Part shown: positions 1 through 12,210 of the stretch, piece by piece
How the letters are laid out: each line of letters begins with the position of its first letter
Numbering within the stretch: position 1 is the stretch's first letter
DNA from: Octopus vulgaris
Lineage: Eukaryota
Assembly: GCA_951406725.2 (NCBI GenBank)
Contig: OX597827.1
Location: 24,180,001-24,244,000 of the forward strand
Length of the DNA stretch: 64,000 nt
Direction: 5' to 3'
The notes under the pieces: model-generated
The model's database searches: none
The model's input: the letters and a program-made list of their open reading frames with translations, nothing else
What the model was told of the DNA's origin: nothing
Translations under genes and position numbers: made by a program

Positions 1-616
1 TCTAAGTACGATCTAGACGACCCGATGCGGTTTGTCCAAGTCCACATTGGCACATTCGGGTTTTCTAGTCGAAACCTGTCGGACAGCTGAAAGCGGCCGA
101 GTAGGTTGGCGAGACTCTTGCACCCTCCCCTCTCCTATCAGACGCTCCCCTGCCCACCCGATCGAAACGTTCGTCTAAGACAGCGTTCCAATCCCCAACT
201 AGTACTAGAGTGCGTGACGTTCCCAGGAAAACTTCCAGACGTTTGAAATAATCTGACTGCCCTGCTCCTGTCGGTGCGTAGGCAGCCAGCAGTCTGAAAG
301 CACCGCCGTTACTACCGTCGACGTCGAGGACCACCAACTTACCTTCCGGATCCAAGAAGACTGTCCTTATTTTCAGGTCCAGGCCCTTCCGAAACAACAC
401 CGCAGTACCACCACCGCCCGCTCCCGGCCGACACGGAGATAGAAATATCTCGTATCCGCCGAAAAGGGCTGCGAGTTCCTGCGGGTCGGAGAGCCTGGTT
501 TCACTGATGGCTGCTACATCCACATCATGAAACCTCAGGTCGTTTAACAGGTGACCCTGTTTCCAAGGTGACCCGAGGCCTCTCACATTCAAACAACCGA
601 TTCTAAGATTTGCCAT
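1..616 (-). pseudogene. Tx1 ORF2 apurinic-like endonuclease domain, frameshifted near 120
   Basis: GCLNVRGL, AISET, YAP and LVGDWN motifs of L1/Tx1 endonucleases. Confidence 0.88.
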
Positions 617-658
617 GTTTCAAAAGTTAGGGGGAAAAAAAAAAGGAGAAAGAAGGCT

Positions 659-2101
659 CTACTTACTGTTGTTGGTGGTGGGGGTGGCTCCCTTGTGCTT
701 TTGCACGGGTGCTTCAATAATATTTTTGTAAAGTTTCTGAGAGAAACTTTTCCCTAACGATCCCACATCGTTAGGGAATATTTGTTTTATTTCGTTGTAA
801 ACTGTTTTGTTTATTTTTATTGTGAGAATGTGTGCTGGTGGTGTGTTGTGTGTAGGTATTATGAAATCTGTAATGTTTGTGCTTGTTTTGTTTTTCAAAT
901 ACTCAACCAGTTCCTGGTTTCTTGTATTCACTGCTGTAATTGTGTCTGTGTTTGTTTGTGTCTGTGGCAGTGGCAGTAGTGGTGTCGAAAGTGTTGTTGT
1001 TGTTGTTTGTTGTTGTGAATGTGTATTGTTGTTGATGTTGTTGTTGATGTTGGGAAGTACTATTTGTTCGTGTTTCCCCTGTAAATCTTTTTGTTTTTTC
1101 CTCCTTTTCTTTTTTGGAGGCACTATGTTCCATTCTCCTTTGTTGGAATCAGAGCTCGCACAATCCGAGATCTCTTCATCCGGCAAAGGAATGGTTGAGG
1201 GGTCTGCTTCAGTAGCAGGACGAAAGGTTTTTGGTTCCGCCGGTATCGGTGGTGCCGCTGCTCCTGTTGCTGTTGATTTTGCTGCAGTTGATTTTCGAGG
1301 TACTGGTGTCGGTGTTGGTTTGGTGGCGGTTGTTGTTGTTGGAGGTGGTGTTGTTCGTCTTGGTGCTGGTGTTGGTGTGGCAGCCTTTGGTGTTTCGTGC
1401 TGTTTTTGTTGTTTCTGTTGTTGTTGTTGTTGCTGCCTCTTGCTATACTCCTCCATTCTCTTTTTCTGAATGGGGCAGTCCCTTTTCAGGTGGCTTTCGC
1501 TACTGCAGAGGAAACATTTTGGCTTTCGCCCCTCTACAGTAACATTTAGCCTGGTCCCATCCAGTAAGATGACAAAGTCAGGTATGGCATTGATGTTTTC
1601 CTGCTGGATCTGTACCAGCAGTTGAATACCCATGCCCGACCAGTTCTTTTCTCGTACCCTCCGAACATTCAGAATAGTGGCAGTGTCCTCTATGCCATAG
1701 AGGACAGCCGCCACTAGCCATGAGATTTTCTGTTCGGGGGGTATTGTGTTGATTGTTATTTTTTGTACCTTACGCCCGAGGTACGTCGGGACGAGGAACA
1801 AATGTTCATTTTGCAAGGGCGAAATGGCGTTCGCCCTTGCAAGCTCCTCTGTTGGGAAGCGAACCTCCACGGTTCCAAAACGCTTCCCTCTTGTCACATA
1901 ACTCTTCTGGCCCCAAATGGGCTTCAGAGCCATCTCTAACTGTTGTGGTGTGGCGTTAAACAATCTTTTAGTTTTCTTTTCGAAAACTTTATAAAAGATT
2001 GTTCTTTTGTTTGTCTCTTGTGTGAGTTGTTGAGGTGTGTTGAGGAAAACACTGTTTCCCTCCTTTCTCAACAAATCTTGTGCCATTTTTATGTCTTCCA
2101 T
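659..2101 (-). CDS. Tx1 ORF1 (gag-like nucleic-acid-binding protein with zinc knuckle)
   Basis: CFLCSSESHLKRDC (CX2CX4HX4C), polyQ and Thr/Pro-rich linker; frame stays open upstream to about 2431, likely original ATG at 2441. Confidence 0.85.
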   Translation of the reverse strand: MEDIKMAQDLLRKEGNSVFLNTPQQLTQETNKRTIFYKVFEKKTKRLFNATPQQLEMALKPIWGQKSYVTRGKRFGTVEVRFPTEELARANAISPLQNEHLFLVPTYLGRKVQKITINTIPPEQKISWLVAAVLYGIEDTATILNVRRVREKNWSGMGIQLLVQIQQENINAIPDFVILLDGTRLNVTVEGRKPKCFLCSSESHLKRDCPIQKKRMEEYSKRQQQQQQQKQQKQHETPKAATPTPAPRRTTPPPTTTTATKPTPTPVPRKSTAAKSTATGAAAPPIPAEPKTFRPATEADPSTIPLPDEEISDCASSDSNKGEWNIVPPKKKRRKKQKDLQGKHEQIVLPNINNNINNNTHSQQQTTTTTLSTPLLPLPQTQTNTDTITAVNTRNQELVEYLKNKTSTNITDFIIPTHNTPPAHILTIKINKTVYNEIKQIFPNDVGSLGKSFSQKLYKNIIEAPVQKHKGATPTTNNSK

Positions 2102-2661
2102 TGTTATTTCTACATCTTCCGAAATTTGCTTCGCAGCAGAAGCAAAATCGTTAGAGACTTTTACATTTTTTTGTTGGTTCTTGTCTGTGTTTGTGTCTGT
2201 TATAAGTTTCTTTTCCTCCCTCTTCGGTACAGCATCACTTGTTGAAGGTAGAGGGGGGAAATCAAGAGTAACGTCGAACGCGACGTCCAGACAAGCATTC
2301 TCCCTTCGAACGGTGCGCGTGCTTTCCGTTTCGGAAGGAAGAGCTCTGTTGCCTTTTACGGCCTGAAATGGGTTGTACGCAACCCGTGACGTTGTCTTTT
2401 GTTCTTGTGGAGGGGGTGTTGCAAGCTCGTTTCAAAGCCATTTTGTAAATATGTGTGTGCAAAAAATGTCAATTTCAAAATAAAAAACAGCAATTTCACC
2501 CCGAAGGGGCAAAATTTTCGCCCAACCGACGAGCTCCGCAAGAAGCCGGTCGGTTTGGCTACAAAATATTAAAAAATATTCAAGCTTATTAAAAAATTTT
2601 CCAATAAAATTGGCACAAAACTCACAGAGCTGATTCACGTACGTCCATCGGCGTCGGAAGG

Positions 2662-5600
2662 AATAATAATAATAATAATAATAATTAATTCTTTTTTATT
2701 GGCCACAAGGGCTGACACACATGATTGGTAAACATAAAGGGACAAAACAGGACGAAAGGTTACAAAGGTTTTTTTTCGCTTTTGAGAAAATCCGAGTAAA
2801 AACAGTTCAACAACGAAAAACTCTCAATAGGGGGAGGCGCTTCGAAAGGTTCCTGGTGGAAAAAACCCCGTAAAAGCCAACGGGAACCTGGTCAAAAAGG
2901 GGGGTAGAGAGTCCCTTTTCTCCTTTTATATTAATTTTTTGAATCACAGGCGAAACCTGAGAACCGGTCCATTTATACTGGCCATTCTCCCACCTTTCAT
3001 AAAACTTGCTATCAGACAGCACTCTCCTCTCTAACCTCATCTTCCTTTTCAAGTGAAACTTGAAAAAGTTGATGAGGCCTTGACCAAAGAGGAAAGTGTC
3101 TGACTTTAGCCCTTTCAAACGGGACAAGGGACGACGGTCAAGCGGTAATAGATGACGGATGCGATGTACGCATTTACCACCTCCGCTCGACCTTTCAGGG
3201 ACAGCTTCCTCTCGGCCTATTTCTGGGTGAGACATGTCACCCTGCTCATCACCTCTTCCCAGTTTTTAATCCACCTGGAGGTCCGGACCGAACCAGACCC
3301 CGAGCAGTTTAACGGGTCCGTCTGTCCAGTGCCCTACGACGCTGTTGGACGGCATGGGCTTGCCTCTCCAGGTGCCCAGTTGCAAGCCCACAGACTTTTC
3401 CGCGTTAATTTTTGCCCCTGTCACCGCTTCGTACTCGTTTAGTGTCTCGCCAAGCAGGCCAATGTGCCTGTGGCTCGACACCACCACGGTGACGTCGTCG
3501 GCATAGGCAGACACGCTGTTTCCGCCTTCTAGATCGCGCGGGATACCACTCAAAGCCTCCAACTTGCGCAGTAATGGCTCGAGAGTCAAAATGTACAAGA
3601 GGGAGGAGAGAGGGCATCCTTGGCGGACCGAACGCGAGATGTCGAACGGTTCCGAAAGGTGACCGTTCACCCGTATCACCGAGCAGGCTTTACTCTGATC
3701 CAAGTTGATCAAAGCCCCACCCGCGCCAGCGTCGTTACCCACCCTCTCTATGATGTAGCGCATGAGATGGAGGTTGTCGTGTATCGACCTGGTCGGCACG
3801 GCACATGTGTGCGTCTTGCCGACCAGCTTGTCCACGGCAAGCGCCAATTTCTTGGCCAAAATCTTCAACTCTGCATTGAGCAGAGTTATGGGCCGAAAAT
3901 TCCCTATAACGTCCCCCTTGCTTGGGTCCTTTTTTAGCAAAGCCACCACCCCTCAACAGACAAAAGCAAGAATTCTCCCGTTTTGCTGCCAGTTGCAGTA
4001 GACGTTTGCCAACAGGCCCGCAAACAAGTCTGGCATTGAAAAGTAAAGCTCGTAGGGCAGACCATCAAAACCCGGCGATCTACCTCTCGTGCAACTCTTC
4101 AACACCGCAGTACCACCACCGCCTGCTCCCGGCCGACACGGAGATAGAAATATCTTGTATCCACCAAAAAGGGCTGCGAGTTCCTGCAGGTCGGAGAGCC
4201 TGGTTTCACTGATGGCTGCTACATCCACATCATGAAACCTCAGGTCGTTTAACAGGTGACCCTGTTTCCAAGGTGACCGGAGGCCTCTCACATTCAAGCA
4301 ACCGATTCTAAATTTTGCCATGTATCAAAGGTGGGGAACAAAAAAAGAAAAAAGAGCAAAAGGCTCTACTTACTGTTGTTGGTGGCAGGGGTGGCTCCCT
4401 TGTACTTTTGCATGGGTGCTTCGATTATATTTTAAATAGTTTCTTTGAGAAACTTTTCCCTAGCGATCTGACATCGTTAGGGAATATTTGTTTTATTTCA
4501 CTGTACGTTGTTGCGTTGATTTTTATTGTGAGAATGTGTGCTTGTGGTGTGTTGTGTGTTGGTATAACGTAATCTGTTATGTTTGTACTTGTCTTTTATG
4601 TATGCAACGAGTTTTTCATTTTTTGTGTTTATTGCTGTAATCGTGTCTGTTGGTGTTGGTGTGTGTGGCAGTGGTAGTAGTGGTATCGAAAGTGTTGTTG
4701 TTGATGTTGGGAAGCACTATTTGTTCGCGCTTCCCCTGTGTGTCCTTTTGTTTTTACCTCCTTTTCTTTTTTGGAGGCACTGTGTGTCATTCCCCTTTCT
4801 CGGTATCAGTGCTCGCACAATCCGAGCTGTCCTGATCCGGAAAAGGGATGGCTGTCGGGTCCGCTTCATCAGCAGCAGGGCGAAAAATTGTTGGTTCTGC
4901 TGGTAGCGGTGGTGTTGCTGTATCTGTTGGTGATGGTGACTGTGTCGGTGAGTTTTCTTCTTCCTTTTGTTGGTGTTGGTTTGGTGGTTGTTGTTGGAGG
5001 TGGTGTTGTTCATCGTGGTGATGGTGTTGGTGTGGCAGTCTTTGGTGTTTCGTGCTGTTGTTGCTGCTGCTGCTGCCTCTTGCCGTTTGCCTCCATTCTT
5101 TTTTTGTGAATGGGGCAGTCCCTCTTTAGGTGGCTTTCGCTGCTGCAGAGGTAACATTTTGGCTTTCGCCTCTCCACAGTAACATTTAGCCTGGTTCCAT
5201 CTGGTAAAATGACTGAGTCAGGTATGGCATTAATGTTTTCCTGCTGGATTTGTACGAGCAGTTGAATACCCATACCTGACCAGTTCTTTTCTCTTACCCT
5301 TCGAACATCTAGAATAGTGGCAGTGTCCTCTATGTCTGGGAGGACAGCTGCCACCAGCCATGATATACTTAGTTCGGGGGGTATTATGTCAATTTTTATT
5401 TTCTGGACCCTCTGCCCGAGGTACATTGGAACGAGGAACAAATTTTCATTTTCCAAGGGCGAAATGGCATGCGCCCTTGCATCCCCCTCTGTTGGGAAGC
5501 GAACCTCCACGGTTCTGAAACGCTTCCCTCTGGTGACATAGCTCTTTTTGCCCCATATGGGCTTCAGAGCTATTTCCAATTGTTGGGGTGTTGCGTTAAT

Positions 5601-5712
5601 CAGTCTTTTGTTTTTCTTGTCGAAAACCTTGTAAAATATTGTCTTCTTATTAGTGTCATGTATGAGTTGTTGAGGTGTATTGAGGAAGACACTGTTCCCC
5701 TCTTTTATCTCA
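2662..5712 (-). mobile_element. Tx1-clade LINE, copy B: 5'-truncated and internally deleted, with 3' UTR, AATAAA and (ATT)n tail
   Basis: ORF1 remnant closely similar to copy A (5010-5579); EN start at 4321; RT motifs NFRPITLLN, RQGCPLS, YADD in 3266-3949; tail at 2662-2690. Confidence 0.9.
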
Positions 5713-6489
5713 TGTAGTAGTGGCTCTCATGGCTTCTCATCTTTACTGATTGGAAATGTTAATTTTTTCTTGGGCTACAGCAAATATTCTGCTCAATACC
5801 ACAGGTTTGCTTGTCAGTTGCTTGACCGTAACCAGTTGAGCATGTCCCTTAGTCTAATACTGGCTGGACATTTATTTTTTCGACCAAGCAACAACTTCTC
5901 CCTCACTACAAAATGGCCTAACCATCTTGTTTGAAACATGACCAAACCATTATATGAAGAATGCTGTTGATACTGTGGGTTCCTGTAAAAATAATAAAAA
6001 AAAGCACAAAAAACATCCCATAGGGGGTATGTCCATTCTTTAACTCCACCTGATTTTCCTCTTGGCCAATCAAATTTAGCATGGTCTCTTGCCTTGAAGT
6101 ATGCCTCAGGTTGTTCCAGGTTAATTTTGTATGATGTTCCCTACTCTTTCAGTTGCTATATAGCTGGATAAAGTTAGTGTTGTATTGACTGTCTACTGGG
6201 CACTCACTGTTCACCCTACATTATGCACGCAGCTGAATGAGACCCTTAAATTTTGTCTATTCAATAATCTGTGAAATGCTACAAATTTGAGGAAGACCCT
6301 TCCAATGCTGGTTTTTCTGTTGAGTGAGAAAGGTGGGGCAAACCAAAGGAACTAGTGGTGACCCTTTCTTTTGTGAGTGTTAGGGCCTGGCATATTGGTG
6401 ATGAGTCAAAATATTGCTTACAACAGACAGTTAAAAAATTCAAGAATGAAAGTTTGCAATACACTTTAGGATTTTATGAAATAGATTCT

Positions 6490-6830
6490 TTCTCGCATCT
6501 CCTTCTCCACATAAATTTGCAAAGATAAGAGCCAACCATGGAACGGTGTGTCCCACATCAGCATTTGTTTCCACACTTTAAAGATGCCCGTGTTCTCTGT
6601 TGAGTATGAGTCCCATCTTTTGAGTTAATAATTTCAATGCTATGGTTTCGTTTTATGTTTGAAATCATGACCATTGATTTCTGGGATAAGCTCACCACAG
6701 GTCACTGAAGATGGTGGTTCCTGGAAGAACTGAGTCATATGCAGTCCTCTAGTGTTTCATGGTTACGACTTGGTACTGCGTAAAGGAAAACTTCCCTCGT
6801 CTTGGGACATAGTCCTCCAATGTTATGTTC
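6490..6830 (-). mobile_element. Degenerate Merlin/ISXO2 (IS1016-like) transposase fragment
   Basis: Manual minus-strand translation across frameshifts: GGLCPKTREVFLYAVPSR..LPGTTIFSDLW*AY..NHS..GTHTQ..CGTHRSMVGSYLCKFMWRRR. Confidence 0.7.
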
Positions 6831-8184
6831 ATTTATGTTCGAATTTAATAAGTTATTTTACAAAATACTTCATTATTTTTTAAATCGTTTAAAGCAGGCA
6901 ATGTTTTTCAAAAAGAAATTTAATAACAGATGGGTTAATTATTGAATGGCTGTAAAATGTTAAATCAAAATTGCCAGTTTTTCTCACAAAAAATCTTTCT
7001 CTCTCTTCTTTGGACAGTTGAAAGCTAATTTATACTCTTTTAGATAATTTACAACAGTATTCTTCAGTTTCCAAAATCTGTTTAGAACAGCATCCACAGC
7101 ACACCTCACAATGGAGGTCTCTCAAGAGCAGCAAGTTCTTCAAAGATCCTAAAATTATAAATTCTTCTAGTAATTTCATATTGTGTTGTACCGTAAATAT
7201 TGGTACTTTTTCCAAACCTAAAGAGGATTTTCAGCTGTTTAGAAGCTATATCACTAGAGTTCCTTGGTGCATTATAACTGTTTCCTTGGACTGTCACTGA
7301 TTTTGGAAATATAACCGCTAAGGAAGCAAAATGTATCACTTTCCATGTTTTAGATAAAACTGACAGAATAAGGACCTTCAAAGTGATGTGCTTGACAATA
7401 CATTCTAGCAGCAACTGAACTTAACTGAAGGCACATTCTAGCCTTGGGTGGATGTTGTTGCTTGAATCTGTACAACACTGACCCTACCTGGTTAGCATCT
7501 GTTCAAGCACAACTAACTTGTGCCCCAGGGAAAAAAGTTTAGCCTCATTACAGAGCTCTTTGTAAACAGTTATAGAATATGTAGTAGTTGCACTTATTGG
7601 TTACTATGGAAACGGTGTTCTTTGCTTACTATGCTAACAGAACTGCATGGTGATATACTCACTTCTGATTGGCTAATTTTTCTGATTACCCAAATTTTAA
7701 AAACTTTAATGGCTAATAACTTTTTAGTAGTAAATATATAGGAAAATGACTTTCATTTTCATAATTAGTGTACAAAACTTAACCTATATACCAAATTTGA
7801 AAATAATTGGAACAAAATTGGAGATGGTGATTCACACCACCAAGATGCTAAATCCCTTACCCTTATCTACCATGGCTTGAGCACTAAGCCAATATACAGG
7901 ACGCCAGATTTTCAAAGGGTTTTTATTTTACATCAGATCAAGATTTTTAGTTTCAAAAATAGATAATCCAGTTGTCAGCTTCAAAAAGGTTTATGACCAT
8001 CTCTACACAGTTTGCAGTCTTCATCTGTGAATCAGGCGTATGCCTTAACAACAACTCTGTTGTTGCTTACTGTAGATTTGTCAATTTGAATTGAGAATTT
8101 ACTGTTTACTAGTCTTCATTGTATCTCTCCATGTCACATCTTACAGTCTTTCTGGTGTTCACAGAGCATGGACAACAGTCATGA

Positions 8185-8490
8185 TATAGGTAACTCTTTT
8201 TCCGTATTCAGATGGCTTTCCGTCTTCCATATCAACTAACCTTTTCTCCGCCAGGAGCTGAGGCGCAAGCCAATGGACTTGTCCTTGTTAACTTTTGCCC
8301 CTGCCACTGCCTCGTATCCTTTGATAGCTTCCTCTACTCAAGGTAGCTGAGCTTCATTGGACACAATGATGGTGATGTCATCTGCATAAGTAGAGATCGA
8401 CTTACCGATCTGATTTCATTGTAGGTACATCCCAAATTCTCCAACTTCTGCAGTAATGGCTCTAGCCAACATCGAAAACGGCTCCTACAG
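8185..8490 (-). mobile_element. Tx1 ORF2 RT fragment, probably the distal part of copy C
   Basis: LEPLLQKLE..STYADDITIIVS..YEAVAGAKVNKDKSIGL, homologous to the copy B RT. Confidence 0.8.
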
Positions 8491-9329
8491 TTTTGATTCC
8501 TCTTTCAAAAGTTTTACAGGCCAAATTGAACAGGCTGCACCTGTATCAACCAAAAACCTTTCTGTTGAGTTTGTGTAAAAAATGGAAAATACGTGACTTT
8601 TAATGTAGCTGTCTACAGATTTCATCGCATCTAATCTGTGTCTGAGAAGTTTCCCGAATTTTTTTGTTGTTGTTTAGAAAATCAAATGCACATGGCTTAA
8701 TCCACTTGAATGATCTGTCACCAAATTTTGCATTTTACCAACATATGGCATTAATCTTGGAACTTGGACTTCTTGATCACTTTCGCCATTTTGCGTTGTT
8801 TCTTTTAGCAGAGCGACTCACTCTTTGGAGTTGAAAACTTTCAATTTTCTTTGTCAACAACTCGAATTGTTTCTCATAAATTTCTTTCAATGCCTGTATT
8901 TCGGTAGAAATAGATGGGAATGCGTTCACAGATGCTCTAGATGACAATTCCAAAATGCCTTCTGCCAATTGTTAAAGATAGTTTTGATTCTTAACAGCCG
9001 AAAGCAAAGTTTGTCTTGTAAGGCAATTTAGTAAAGAAAACCTCTTTGAAGTAGGATTCTTCAATTTGTTGATCCCCAAGAAGTTTGTTCATTCTCCGAA
9101 GAAGTTGTGTTGGCTTCTTATTGCCTAATTCATAATTATTAAATAGTGAAAATTCTTTTGTTTTGAATTTGAAGTTCTTTTTAAGATTTCTTCCTTTATA
9201 GCAGAATATGAAACTGGTTCGATAGGATTTAAAAATAAATCTCTAATCTCATTGCTTAGAGGTGGAGGTAAATTACTCAGCATTATCTTATATTTTTGCT
9301 CTTCATTTGTTATACGGTTTGCTTTAACC
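8491..9329 (-). mobile_element. Gypsy (CsRn1/Kabuki-like) gag-protease remnant
   Basis: gag motifs KEEILKRT, KPTQLLRRM, CW.xAKFG..KPC; slippery GGGAAAC at 8649-8655; protease FLVDTGAACSIWP near 8520-8560. Confidence 0.75.
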
Positions 9330-12210
9330 CAGGGGTGGGCGAACTTTTTTGATCGCGGGCCGCACAGTGCGTCTTTGGAACCTTGGCGGGCCTCATTTAT
9401 AAAAATCAAGTGAAAATATTTTTAAAGGCGGTTATAGACCTATAAACACACAATTGATTGAAAGGAAATTTTGTGAAATATTCCTGGTTTAAGTGATTTA
9501 ATTTATTTTTTAGAGTATCGGGTTCATGTTTTTCGGTTATTTGCTCCTATAGTTGAAATTATTACAGGAACCTCGGTTATTTTGGACAGCCTGTTATTGC
9601 TTACAAATTGCCAGGAACGGAATTTTCCTAGTAAAATCTGCACTAATTGTGGACAACCACCTCTTAATATTATGGACAACCATAATTCTAGGATACCCAA
9701 AATAAAAGATTTTAAAGAGAAATAACAGTTTATTAATATGAATTGAAATCTGAAATTAGAAACGTCACCTGAAGCATTTATTTGAAAAACAAAGCGGCTC
9801 TGTAAATAACAATGTCAATGAGAATGATGCAGCTGACTACTGTCATTTATCAGTTTGTCAAAATTAGGTGTCAAGTTGCTTGTGCTGATTCTTAACACTG
9901 ACTGAAGATTTGAGTCTGTGAGAAGTGATCGATTCTTCCCCTTGTTAATTTTCATGATGGAGAAAGTCTGCTCACATATGTAAGTTGATGCAAACAACAC
10001 AAACATCTTTCTTGCAAATTTTTTTAGATTTTGAAACTTTTTTGAATGTAGAGAAGCATAAAACTCAACCAGTGGTTTACTTTCAAACATCATCTTTAAA
10101 GAATTGTCGGCTTGCAAATGAATCAGTTCTATCTGCAGTTCCTCGGTAGTTGTTTCAATGTCACAGGCAAGAGGTGAGTTAAGCAAATCGAACAGGCCTT
10201 CAACTGCCTTGAAATCAGCAAATCTTCTAATGAATTCCTTTTGTAAAGCCATCAACTGGGAACTGTACTTGTCCGATGATTCTTGTGTAACAGACTGTGT
10301 TTTCAGCAGAGGGAAGTGAATAAATTTTTGCTCATTCAGCTGCTTGGCAAAAAGTCCAAGCTTCCATTGAAAAGCTTTCACTTCCAGGTACAATTCATGA
10401 GCAAATATACCTTTGCCTTGCAGTTTTGTGTTAAGTTCATTCAGCTTCTGCATTATGTCCACAGCAAATGTAAAATCACAAACCCATTCGTCACTCTCCA
10501 TTTCGTTTAAAAAGTCACAGATGTCTTGCATTTTGAGAAACATAAGAATCTCTGCTTTGAGGTCCCATACTCTCTTAAGAACTTTTCCAATGCTTAACCA
10601 GCGGACATTTGTGTAGTACAGCACATCAGTAAAATCAGCATCCACATCCTCCAAGAAACTTTGGAATTGCCTGTGTTTCAATCCCCGTGATCTTATTAAA
10701 TTCACTGCACGCACCACAGGTTCGATGACATGTTTGAGTTTTAAAGATGACTTACAAAGGCTTTCTTGATGTATGATGCAGTGAAAAGACAACACACTGT
10801 GTAGTGGAAAATCTTCTTTAATTTTGTCATTCAATAACTTCACAAGGCCGGAATGTTTACCGGTGAGTGAAGGAGCTCCATCGGTTGTAATGCTGGCCAG
10901 TTTATTTAGGGTTAATCCAGACCTGATTGAACTGTTAATGACACTGTTGAACAAATCTTTTCCAGCAGTAGTGTCTTTGAGAGACTCCATAGATAACAAT
11001 TCCTCTGTAATTTCAAAGTTCTCGTCAATTCCTCTGATGTAAATGAGTAACTGAGCAGTATCCTGAATATCAGTGCTCTCATCTAAAGCAATAGAAAACC
11101 ACTGAAATCGACCACTGGCTGTTAACAGCTGTTCATGAATATTCACGGCAATTGCATCAATGCGAGGAACAATAGTTCTTCGTGACAGGGAAATGGCTTC
11201 TACTTTTGACTTAACTTCAGGACACACAACGCTGACAGCATCAACCATACAATCTTTGATAAATTCTGCTTCTGCGAATGACTTGTTTTGCTTTGCAATT
11301 TTGTTGGCCAATATAAAACTTGCCTTTGTCGCGTTCCTTTGTAAAGAGGAAGTTTTATCAAACACATTTTGCTGTTGCTTCAAACGTTTTGTCAGATCAT
11401 TTGCTTTCTTTAGCAGTTCTTGTTTTGATAAATTGTGTCCAAAATTGGCATGCTTCGTTTGAAAGTGGCGTTTCAAATTATATTCCTTGAACACAGCAAC
11501 TGTTTCAGAACAAATCAAACATGCAGCTTTCACTCCAACGTCGGTAAAGAAATACTTTTCAGTCCAATTTTCATTAAAAACACGACATTCCTCTTCAATT
11601 TTTCACTTTTTAGATAGCTTCGAACAACTCATTTTGGGTAAATTTTGTCAGACAACAAAAGCTAGTTTGAAACACTCGTGTCTGTACTAAATTCAAATAA
11701 TCGATAGAGTGAATGATAACCAACCACAGCTCTGTGTCCAGAAAAAGCTGGTTCAAGCCCTTTTATTAACCTGGCCGGCTTCTTCATTGGAACGAAACGC
11801 ATCGTCCATCATGCCCTCTTCACCATCTATCATGTGATTTATTTATTTGAATGTTTCAAGCATATCGATTGACTCGTTGTATTGCCACAATACTTGTTTC
11901 ATTGTTCTATTAATTTTTGAGTTTGTAGGGTCTGACGAGAAAACAGAAAAGATATCTTCACCCAGAAATGTGTTTTATTATGATGTCATGGGAATATTTC
12001 TCGAAATTTTTCATCGCTTCACAGTAGCTGAAACAAACAGCGGACAATTTTGTGATGGTACGAAACAGTGAACTGAAATAAAATGCAAACTATTGTGAAT
12101 TACCGTACAACTGAAACAGTTACGAAGTATCTGCATAGAAGTTGGGATTTATAAAAGCTCTCGGCGGGCCGCATGAAAACCTATGGCGGGCCGTAGTTTG
12201 CCCACCCCTG
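9330..12210 (-). mobile_element. hAT DNA transposon, Buster/SPIN (GTF2IRD2-like) type, full length
   Basis: TIRs caggggtgggcgaact (9330) and agtttgcccacccctg (ends 12210); subterminal gcgggccgca motifs; internal transposase. Confidence 0.95.
9815..11632 (-). pseudogene. SPIN-like hAT transposase, 605 codons with a single TGA at codon 10
   Basis: MSCSKLSKK*KIEEECRVF..; BED-like CLIC..HFQTKH; catalytic LDESTD, TTDGA and CEQTFS; HCIIH; RWLS. Confidence 0.9.

Larger units (their letters stand above)
1..2661 (-). mobile_element. Tx1-clade (L1 superfamily) LINE, copy A: 5' UTR, ORF1 and start of ORF2; runs off the window start
   Basis: ORF1 with CCHC knuckle, followed after a short spacer by an APE endonuclease ORF2; 5' end abuts the (AAT)n tail of copy B. 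Confidence 0.9.

Noticed and set aside
782-1542. Plus-strand Val/Cys/Leu-rich ORFs (also at 4.6-5.2 kb, 12.9-13.4 kb and 20.4-21.0 kb)
   Set aside because: Antisense shadows of A/C-rich retroelement ORFs
7030-7500. Short minus-strand ORFs that look like decayed coding sequence
   Set aside because: No motif I can assign; needs a translated database search
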